Virus record (IMG/VR): IMGVR_UViG_3300028805_002025
Location: 1-64,000 of that record
Reading direction: 5' to 3' (one strand)
DNA from: a virus
Lineage: Duplodnaviria > Caudoviricetes
DNA: 64,000 nt
Shown: positions 18,058 through 24,839 of the stretch, piece by piece
Layout of the letters: each line of letters starts with the position of its first letter
Numbering within the stretch: position 1 is the first letter of the stretch
The notes under the pieces: generated by a model
What the model was told of the DNA's origin: nothing
What the model saw: only the letters and a program-made list of their open reading frames with translations
Database searches by the model: none
Position numbers and translations under genes: made by a program

Positions 18058-18327
18058 ACTGAGTGTGCTGTTACGCCAAAGGAGTCCCGTGTGTCCTACC
18101 GAAACCTAGGTTCATAACCCCGCCATACTGCCAGTACCTACTCTCTAAGGGTGGACTTTTACCCAAATGTAGGCAGCAGGCCATTGAGTTTACAATGTCA
18201 TGTTGTTGATTACCCCTCACAGTCAATATCTCCCAGGCTACTTTCTAACTCCTGGTTGCTTAAGGCTCACAGGGAACTTTATGCCCACTCCTTAGAAGAT
18301 TGCTGCTCTCAAGCCAACTTCCTCAGT
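18058..18327 (-). ncRNA. 23S rRNA-mimic RNA (GTPase centre with a PTC-like insert)
   Basis: GAGGAAGTTGGCTTGAGAGCAGCAATCTTCTAAGGAG...GCGTAACAGCACACTCAG matches 23S H43/H44. Confidence 0.7.
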
Positions 18328-18338
18328 GTGTCTACTTG

Positions 18339-18412
18339 AGCGATTGCTGGGAATTGAACCCAGTACCCCTCGTCTGGACGACGAATGCTCTCCCGAATGA
18401 GCTACTAACCGC
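18339..18412 (-). tRNA. tRNA-Gly (TCC), atypical anticodon loop
   Basis: TCGT CGTCCAG ACGA arm. Confidence 0.7.
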
Positions 18413-18422
18413 AAAAAAAAAA

Positions 18423-18568
18423 GGAAACGGTTGTTGTTTATTTTTAGTGCTCTAAACCAGCTGAGCTACCGCCACATGTAGTTTGAAAAAGTGTGGCGGG
18501 CAGGATTCGAACCTACGACCCCTAGCTTGGATTGCTTTTCTAAACGATAACACTTGCTGTACGTTTCC
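18423..18568 (-). ncRNA. ACAGCA-stem RNA 8, YrlA-type permuted tRNA mimic
   Basis: order: T arm, CCGCCACA/TGTGGCGG closed acceptor, D arm. Confidence 0.8.
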
Positions 18569-18574
18569 ACATTG

Positions 18575-18646
18575 AGCGGGTAATGGGAATCGAACCCACA
18601 TCAGAAGATTGGAAATCTCCTACACTAACCGTTGTGCTATACCCGC
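18575..18646 (-). tRNA. tRNA-Gly (TCC)
   Basis: loop TTTCCAA. Confidence 0.88.
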
Positions 18647-18652
18647 ATGGTG

Positions 18653-18733
18653 AGCGAATGAAGGGAGTCGAACCCTCGTCCCCTGCTTGGAAGGCAGGTA
18701 TAATACGCTGACGCACCGTTATACGACACTCGC
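18653..18733 (-). tRNA. tRNA-Gly (TCC), enlarged D loop
   Basis: loop CTTCCAA. Confidence 0.82.
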
Positions 18734-18920
18734 ATGAAGTGGGTTGTAACCGTTACCACTATACCTACACATACGTTTAGGCAGCTAGTTTGGAAGGGCG
18801 TGGCTTCCAGGGACTACCGACGTTACGTTGAGCCTCAAATCTCTTTTGATGTCACTGGTGACGGATTCGAACCGCCACGCTAAGCCTAGGACATAGCACC
18901 AATCCAGTGAAGTGTTTTTG

Positions 18921-19001
18921 AGTGAATGAAGGGAGTCGAACCCTCGTCTCCTGCATGGCAAGCAGGTATAATGCGCAAATGCTCCGTTATACGACACTCG
19001 C
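18921..19001 (-). tRNA. tRNA-Gly (GCC), enlarged D loop
   Basis: loop TTGCCAT; near-duplicate of the 18653 gene. Confidence 0.82.
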
Positions 19002-19090
19002 AAATATGAGGGTTTCTATCAACCCTCTAAGTCATCCGTGAACTATTATTTCCCCTAGTTACAGTCGCATTCACGGTTACTCGACTCGTG

Positions 19091-19162
19091 AGCGGGTAAA
19101 GGGATTCGAACCCTCGACCTTCTGCATGGCAAGCAGACGCACTACCCCTGTGCTATACCCGC
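19091..19162 (-). tRNA. tRNA-Gly (GCC)
   Basis: canonical. Confidence 0.9.
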
Positions 19163-19375
19163 AAGAATGAACTAGCTTTATGACAGTTACTCCAGGACTG
19201 GAGGATGTGCTGTCTGGTTTGGTACTAGTTCTGAGCTGTTTACCTTTTGCAGCAACCGTTTATCTAATCATCTGGTTAAAAGGAGAATGTAGACAGATTT
19301 GATGACTGATAAACCTGCGGTTTTTTTTGCGTGTACCGCCAAAGCATAGACTAAATTCTCCTAATGTTACACTCT

Positions 19376-20401
19376 TTACTGGAGCGTCTTAACAATTGCA
19401 GCGCGACCAGTAACTGGATTTACGCCCTGTCCTTCCCAACTGTTAACCTTAACGCCACGATTTGTGAGGTAATCAGCAACGACTGCTGCTCTCTTCTCGG
19501 ACAACTGCTTGTTAAAATCATCTGTGCCCTCTGGTGAAGCTGTTCCAATCACGTCAACGATGGCATCATTGCCAATCTGATTGAGGATGTTCTTAGCCTC
19601 TAGTGAGAGTTCAGCCTTGCCCTGCTCAAACTGGACAATCCAAGCACTGTTGTCAATTACAGTGACTGTGTTGTCAACAATCTTTACCACAGTTGGTTTA
19701 CCGTCAATACAGGTCTTAAGGTCTTTCTCCAACTGAGCGTTCTCGCTGTTGAGACGGTCAATCTCACTAATCATTGCCCCAACATCCCAAGTCTTGAAAC
19801 TGTGAGTTCCATTGGAGTTCTTGAAGTGATAGATATAACTACCCATCAAGGCAATCAGCGCGTTGTTGTGGTTGAACTGAATGTGACCATTGTTTCTAAG
19901 ACCCCAGTACACTGCTGGACTGAATACCAATGAATGTGCTCTCTTCTTACCAATATTGAATGTGAAATCAATACCAGTCTTTGCGACTACATCATTGCCA
20001 CCGTTGTTAAGGACGTGCTTTAGACCCAAACCTACGATTGCAGATGTCTCGAACACACGAGGCTTTCCGTTGTAGCCAAGGAACATGTTCTGGATGTTCA
20101 AACTACCATTCAAACCAAGGTTGATAGCCTTGAACGCTGTCTTAGCATCAGCGAAATGATTGTCAGCAAGGCTTGTGGTTGCCTCGAACTGTAAGCCAAG
20201 AACTGGAGTGATACCCTTTGTAGCAACAAGACCCAAGGTCGTGTTAACAGGGAATGCTGAGTTAAGGTCAAGTGGTGTGGTTACACCAGCCGTTGCTCCC
20301 AATCCAATGTTGTCAAGAGCGTTACTGTTCTCAGTCGCAATCTGTGCTTGCGCACATACTACAGCACTAAAGAGTGCCAACATTAAAATTACTTTCTTCA
20401 T
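19376..20401 (-). CDS. OmpA-family outer membrane protein
   Basis: signal peptide, beta-barrel region, coiled coil, OmpA_C motif GTASPEG..FNKQLSEKRA..V..YL. Confidence 0.9.
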   Translation of the reverse strand: MKKVILMLALFSAVVCAQAQIATENSNALDNIGLGATAGVTTPLDLNSAFPVNTTLGLVATKGITPVLGLQFEATTSLADNHFADAKTAFKAINLGLNGSLNIQNMFLGYNGKPRVFETSAIVGLGLKHVLNNGGNDVVAKTGIDFTFNIGKKRAHSLVFSPAVYWGLRNNGHIQFNHNNALIALMGSYIYHFKNSNGTHSFKTWDVGAMISEIDRLNSENAQLEKDLKTCIDGKPTVVKIVDNTVTVIDNSAWIVQFEQGKAELSLEAKNILNQIGNDAIVDVIGTASPEGTDDFNKQLSEKRAAVVADYLTNRGVKVNSWEGQGVNPVTGRAAIVKTLQ

Positions 20402-20498
20402 TTTTTTCTGTTTAAAACTTTTATTAAAAAATTATTACTTCAAGGTATAACTAGTGCAAAGATATAAAAATTTTTTCAAAAAACCAAATTTTTTCCAA

Positions 20499-20813
20499 TT
20501 AAAATGGCAAATCATCCAACTTTTTAGCTTTCTTAATCGTCCATTTATATTGAAATACGTCTGGTTTCCCGACAACCTTTTCTCTCTTGAAACCAGGTAT
20601 CCTCGTTGTATAACCTTTCCTCTCAAGCGTTCTCACTACTAGTTCAAACGCATCGTAACAATATGGGTGCTCTGAAGTATCAATACGTAACGTCAGAGTT
20701 GTGTCCTCATCCAACCCAGCCTCCTCTATGTTAACAAGCAACCTCTTGATGAAGAAGAAGCAATATGCTGGGAAGTTGACATCATCCTTTGTTATCTTCT
20801 TATACTCTCCCAT
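20499..20813 (-). CDS. hypothetical protein
   Basis: 104 aa, ends in DDLPF (SSB-like tail). Confidence 0.65.
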   Translation of the reverse strand: MGEYKKITKDDVNFPAYCFFFIKRLLVNIEEAGLDEDTTLTLRIDTSEHPYCYDAFELVVRTLERKGYTTRIPGFKREKVVGKPDVFQYKWTIKKAKKLDDLPF

Positions 20814-20833
20814 TAGTTTAATTTTAAATGTCG

Positions 20834-20906
20834 TCGGGGCGACACGGCTCGAACGTGCGACCTCAGCATCCCAAATGCCGTGCTCTACCTACTGAGCTAC
20901 ACCCCG
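20834..20906 (-). tRNA. tRNA-Pro (TGG)
   Basis: loop TTTGGGA. Confidence 0.9.
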
Positions 20907-20938
20907 ATTTGCCCATTTAAGGTATGGGCTACCATAAC

Positions 20939-21082
20939 AGGAAACCTTTGTTGTTTACTAAAAGCTCTACCAACTAAGCTACCCCGCCATTTTCTGTGTG
21001 CCTAGTGGCGGGGGTGGGACTCGAACCCACGACCTCTCGCTTATGATGCAAAATGAAACTAAATCATTGCTGCAAGTTTCCT
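20939..21082 (-). ncRNA. ACAGCA-stem RNA 9, permuted tRNA mimic with a CAT loop
   Basis: GCAGCAA variant; TTTGC ATCATAA GCGAG arm, T arm, CCCCGCCA/TGGCGGGG, D arm. Confidence 0.8.
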
Positions 21083-21084
21083 TG

Positions 21085-21157
21085 TCGGGAAAACTGGACT
21101 CGAACCAGCGACCACAGCATCCCAAATGCCGCATTCTACCTACTGAACTACTCCCCG
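21085..21157 (-). tRNA. tRNA-Pro (TGG)
   Basis: loop TTTGGGA. Confidence 0.9.
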
Positions 21158-21330
21158 ATTAATTACTGTGCAAAGATATATATTTTTTTTCACAATTCCA
21201 AATTTTTCGTAACTTTTTTAAGCATTATTCAGCATGCCACCGACACTGCATTATCATTAGGGCACGGTGAAATATGCCGATTGCTCCTATACTACGCCCT
21301 TTAGCCATCATATAGTCCTCTTAAACGCTT

Positions 21331-21411
21331 TGGGTGTTTGACAGGATTCGAACCTGCGGTGATAAACATGTGCCACAAACATGCGCCTTCAGCCACTCGG
21401 CCACAAACACC
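21331..21411 (-). tRNA. tRNA-His (GTG)
   Basis: loop TTGTGGC. Confidence 0.85.
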
Positions 21412-21419
21412 ATATTCTT

Positions 21420-21497
21420 TGGGTGAAAGGTGGGGACTCGAACCCACAGCCTCCTGGTTCACAGCCAGGCACTCTAACCAACTGAGCTACAATCACC
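21420..21497 (-). tRNA. tRNA-His (GTG)
   Basis: loop CTGTGAA. Confidence 0.9.
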
Positions 21498-21505
21498 ATG
21501 TAAAC

Positions 21506-21621
21506 AGGAATCGTTTCAACTAAGATGAGGCAGGATTCGAACCTACGTCTCCTGGTAAAATCCAGGGCTTTAGTCCACTAAGCTACTCGCCTGGAGTCTC
21601 TTAATCTGCTGTTAGATTCCT
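21506..21621 (-). ncRNA. ACAGCA-stem RNA 10, with a nested non-permuted tRNA-like body
   Basis: D arm, CCTGG ATTTTA CCAGG arm and T arm inside the AGGAATC/GATTCCT stem. Confidence 0.75.
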
Positions 21622-21623
21622 TG

Positions 21624-21704
21624 TCTGGAGGGTTGGATTCAAACCAACGAACTCTGCTATCTCATCACGGCTACTTTGCAGAACTATGTTGCCGTTTCCT
21701 CCAG
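21624..21704 (-). ncRNA. D-armless tRNA-like RNA
   Basis: CTGGAGG/CCTCCAG acceptor, T arm, no canonical anticodon loop. Confidence 0.55.
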
Positions 21705-21710
21705 GATTTG

Positions 21711-21784
21711 TCTAGGTAGAGGGACTCGAACCCCCACTTCCTACGCTCCAAACGTAGAGGCTTAACCAATTAGCTGACACCTAG
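21711..21784 (-). tRNA. tRNA-Pro (TGG)
   Basis: loop TTTGGAG. Confidence 0.85.
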
Positions 21785-21793
21785 ATATTTTTG

Positions 21794-21887
21794 TCGGAGG
21801 GGAGGGATTCGAACCCCCCTACTGCAAGACCAGTACGACAATTTGTTAAAGCAGGGCAGATTTACAGTCTGCTGCCGTTACCCTCCG
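21794..21887 (-). tRNA. D-armless tRNA with Tyr (GTA) anticodon and C1:G72
   Basis: GCAGA CTGTAAA TCTGC arm; D arm replaced by TAACGGCA; ~36-nt variable region. Confidence 0.65.
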
Positions 21888-21893
21888 ATTGAC

Positions 21894-21958
21894 GGGAACT
21901 CTTTTTAAACGGATTTTGAAGTTGCAGTTCAATGTTTAAACACTTGCTGTTAGTTCCC
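21894..21958 (-). ncRNA. ACAGCA-stem RNA 11, displaying a Cys (GCA) anticodon stem-loop
   Basis: TTGAA CTGCAAC TTCAA inside GGGAACT/AGTTCCC. Confidence 0.75.
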
Positions 21959-22094
21959 TTATTTTTTCGTTTAATTCTTCTATCTCTGATTCGACATATC
22001 CAAGATTCCTACTGAACCATTCTTTTCTACCATTGAGGTAATCTATTCTCTCCTTAAGCAATTTAATGCTACTTTCAACACTCATCATATTATA

Positions 22095-22535
22095 TTATTT
22101 AAATTTCCCAAGCCGTATTGCATCAACCAGATATGTGTACACTCCGTACCAATCGGTCTCAGCATCGAATCCAAACTTATCGTCTATACCGACATTAAAG
22201 TAAGTCTTCTCGTCAAAGCATGACAGGTCATTGTTCTTGGTCTCTGGATTAATGTTGATGTAGTCGAACTTGATATGGTTCTCCTCGAACACCTTACCAT
22301 ACACCTCCTCAATTGTCTCCCTGTAGGATGAAGACCATAGTATGAGGCTGATGTTACTGGCGTAACTCATGAGTTCCAATGCTTCCTTCGCAAAGGGATA
22401 CCACTTGTGTTCCTCCTTGTTATGGTAACAAGCCTTGAAGATTGTATCATGGATGTCAACCAGTACATATATCTTCTCCCAATTGCGTTGGCGCATTCTC
22501 TCAAATGCCCTATCGAAACTTTTTCTTATATCCAT
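22095..22535 (-). CDS. HAD-superfamily hydrolase-like protein
   Basis: VLVDIHDTI, LWSS, IDDK motifs; start MDIRKS. Confidence 0.65.
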   Translation of the reverse strand: MDIRKSFDRAFERMRQRNWEKIYVLVDIHDTIFKACYHNKEEHKWYPFAKEALELMSYASNISLILWSSSYRETIEEVYGKVFEENHIKFDYININPETKNNDLSCFDEKTYFNVGIDDKFGFDAETDWYGVYTYLVDAIRLGKFK

Positions 22536-22538
22536 AGC

Positions 22539-22609
22539 CACACTAAGATGGACTCGAACCACCTACCACAGAACGCTGGTTCTGCATGCTACCGTTACAC
22601 CACAGGTGA
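22539..22609 (-). pseudogene. degenerate tRNA
   Basis: D and T arms present; 6-nt anticodon loop; poor acceptor stem. Confidence 0.5.
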
Positions 22610-22615
22610 AATATC

Positions 22616-22703
22616 GTTGGGTGAGCAGGATTCGAACCTGCGGTGGATGTAACACCACAATAGCTTCAGAGACTACCGCCTTAAACCACTCGGCCATCGC
22701 CCA
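22616..22703 (-). tRNA. tRNA-Gln (CTG), long variable arm
   Basis: loop CTCTGAA, U1:A72. Confidence 0.8.
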
Positions 22704-22815
22704 ATAAAAATTTTAACCTCAACTTACCCTCTACCTAAGAATAGGAAGGGGATTCGAACCCCTTTGTTGCATTTACCACAATCTCGGTCAGCGAGGTGGA
22801 GTCGAACCACCATTC

Positions 22816-22887
22816 GTTGGGGTACTCGGATTCGAACCAAGAATGACAGGACCAGAATCTGTAGTGTTACCATTACACCATACCCCA
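22816..22887 (-). tRNA. tRNA-Gln (CTG)
   Basis: loop TTCTGGT. Confidence 0.9.
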
Positions 22888-22987
22888 AAGTAAATAGAGA
22901 CGTGCGCAATGTAGACATGGATTCATCCTTTCGGCAATCCCTAGTACGGCAATTATCCGTAAATCCACCGTCTCTACTTATAATAAA

Positions 22988-23051
22988 GGGAACATTTTTT
23001 TTGTTTTCCTAAATACACATTCTAGTAACTTAATACTTGCTGTATGTTCCC
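22988..23051 (-). ncRNA. ACAGCA-stem RNA 12
   Basis: GGGAACA-T-ACAGCAA...TGTTCCC. Confidence 0.65.
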
Positions 23052-23057
23052 ACTCTG

Positions 23058-23128
23058 TAGCCCAGCTAGGAATCGAACCTAGTTTCTCTGTGTGAAAGGC
23101 AGTGCTCCTACCAATAGAGGACAGGGCC
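23058..23128 (-). tRNA. tRNA-Glu (TTC)
   Basis: loop CTTTCAC. Confidence 0.8.
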
Positions 23129-23226
23129 AAGTTTGTCCACTACGAACTACGAGAGCGTGTCTCATGGACTATGACGGTCAACCGAAGTCTTATTAAGTAT
23201 CACGTGCTACACCGTCAAGACTTTTG

Positions 23227-23299
23227 TAGTCCCAGGGGGACTCGAACCCCCATTATCTGCGTGAGAGGCAGGCCTCCTAACCTGTTAGAGGATGGGACC
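23227..23299 (-). tRNA. tRNA-Glu (CTC)
   Basis: loop CTCTCAC. Confidence 0.88.
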
Positions 23300-23446
23300 A
23301 AATAAAGATGCTGTGTTGGAGGCGTGAATCTCTCGCCCACTTTAGCCCAAACGAGGCGTGGAAAACACGACTGCTTGGAAGGGTACGACTTTCCACATTT
23401 AATCTACTTCAGTGCATTTCGAACTACACCTTTTCGAACATCTTTG

Positions 23447-23517
23447 TAGCGCATAGGGGAATCGAACCCCTGTTCTCACATCGAAAGTGTGGTGTCCTAC
23501 CACTAGACGAATGCGCC
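23447..23517 (-). tRNA. tRNA-Glu (TTC)
   Basis: loop CTTTCGA. Confidence 0.9.
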
Positions 23518-23736
23518 ATCCTTTTAAAGTTTCACAGTGCAAAGATATACAAATTTTTTAAAATCCCATTTCTTCTTTGGTGGGTTCTTCTAAACCACCT
23601 CTTCTAATACCTTCTGCTAGAATTTTCAAAATTTTCCTATCTTTTTCTTTTGGGAATCTTTTCTCAGCAATTCTATAACATTTTCTTTTTTTCATATTGA
23701 ATACTCTAGAATTCTTGCATTATTACCTCTATAGTC

Positions 23737-24045
23737 TTATTTCTCCTTCTTATCGAAGCCATCCAGAATCTCTTGAGCCAGACTTATCATTTCATCCAAT
23801 GACTTATGAAGCTCAGTAGGTTCATAGCAACGAGGCTCTACATAATCCTCGTCTGTACTGCACTTGTGGCTGTTATCCTTCCACCACTTCTTAAAGTAGC
23901 GTGGGTGAACATCACAGTGGTGAGGAATCTCCTTGTACACTGGAACTGAAAGCATTCCACCACACTCCAGCTTTCTTCCGACTACCTTGGTCTCCTTCCG
24001 TCTGTAGTTCTTACAGTCTAAACAACTATTCTTGCACATAAACAA
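23737..24045 (-). CDS. Cys-rich hypothetical protein
   Basis: 102-aa ORF. Confidence 0.6.
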   Translation of the reverse strand: MFMCKNSCLDCKNYRRKETKVVGRKLECGGMLSVPVYKEIPHHCDVHPRYFKKWWKDNSHKCSTDEDYVEPRCYEPTELHKSLDEMISLAQEILDGFDKKEK

Positions 24046-24128
24046 GTCATTTTAAAGTTTCACGGTGCAAAGATATAGAAAATTTTCGAGAATTCCAAAT
24101 TTTGAACCAATTTTTTTCATTTTTTAAC

Positions 24129-24162
24129 AAAAAAGGCAGATAATCATAGTAGATTACCTGCC
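24129..24162 (-). terminator. intrinsic terminator (attenuator of tRNA array B)
   Basis: GGCAGGTAATC/GATTATCTGCC stem plus T6. Confidence 0.85.
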
Positions 24163-24221
24163 CAAAAATAAAAGCCTATGTTTAACTAAAATCCTTTTCA
24201 CTGGAATTTCCAACTAATCTA

Positions 24222-24320
24222 CTACACAAAAATACACGCACGACGGCCTTCGCCTGGATACTGCTCATACCCATGCTGTCTAGGCTCTTCTATTCCGTGT
24301 AGTATAATTGATAAGTTCAT
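24222..24320 (-). CDS. leader peptide B (32 aa)
   Basis: MNLSIILHGIEEPRQHGYEQYPGEGRRACIFV* followed by a second TAG; TAGTAGATTA is complementary to the terminator's TAATCTACTA. Confidence 0.7.
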   Translation of the reverse strand: MNLSIILHGIEEPRQHGYEQYPGEGRRACIFV

Positions 24321-24339
24321 AATTGAAATATTCGTTTAT

Positions 24340-24347
24340 TATAAATA
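24340..24347 (-). promoter_or_regulatory. putative phage-specific promoter motif TATTTAT(A), representative copy
   Basis: on the coding strand upstream of genes on both strands: ~4689, 33906, 56281, 57211, 58914 (-); ~28497, 36373, 39317, 52545 (+). Confidence 0.55.
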
Positions 24348-24389
24348 TAATGATATTCTTAAAAAAAACAAGTCTTTTCCGTAATTTTT

Positions 24390-24836
24390 TTATTCTGCTG
24401 GATGACGTGCTTCCCACTCGGCTTGCCAAGTAGCCTCAATCTCTGGAGTAACCTCCTGGTAGATGTCAGTACCGTAGGCTTTACCAAGAATCTCGCAAGA
24501 CCAACCGAATACGGTAGTACCTGTGCTTCCAATCTTGTACCATGTCCTTCCATCATGTCCACAGTTTGCAATCTCCCATACCTGGTGTACCATATAGTAA
24601 TCACCCTGCTCACTGGTCATCTTGCAGAATACTGCATCACCCCTTGAAGGAGGAGTATCAGCCCGTCTTAATGGTACAATCTTGCAATACTCCATGTGGT
24701 TGATAAGTGGTCTCATGGAATCTCCAGCCTCCCAGTGGTAGACTGTCTCACCATGTCTAAGTGCCTCAGCGATTTCCTCGCTGTCCTGGACTACCCTTAT
24801 TCCATCGATAGTCTCTGGTTCATTTACTATTCTCAT
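24390..24836 (-). CDS. S24/S26 peptidase-like protein
   Basis: GDSMRP...RGDAVFCK...H; related to the 1376-1702 ORF. Confidence 0.55.
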   Translation of the reverse strand: MRIVNEPETIDGIRVVQDSEEIAEALRHGETVYHWEAGDSMRPLINHMEYCKIVPLRRADTPPSRGDAVFCKMTSEQGDYYMVHQVWEIANCGHDGRTWYKIGSTGTTVFGWSCEILGKAYGTDIYQEVTPEIEATWQAEWEARHPAE

Positions 24837-24839
24837 GTT

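Noticed and set aside
18058-18327. A true rRNA gene or host contamination
   Set aside because: Only ~270 nt, rearranged, and embedded among phage tRNAs.
1007-23607. Short ORFs overlapping tRNAs or ncRNAs (e.g. 1007-1357, 3423-3749, 10815-11090, 17476-17754, 18785-19003, 22724-22918)
   Set aside because: Shadow frames over RNA genes.
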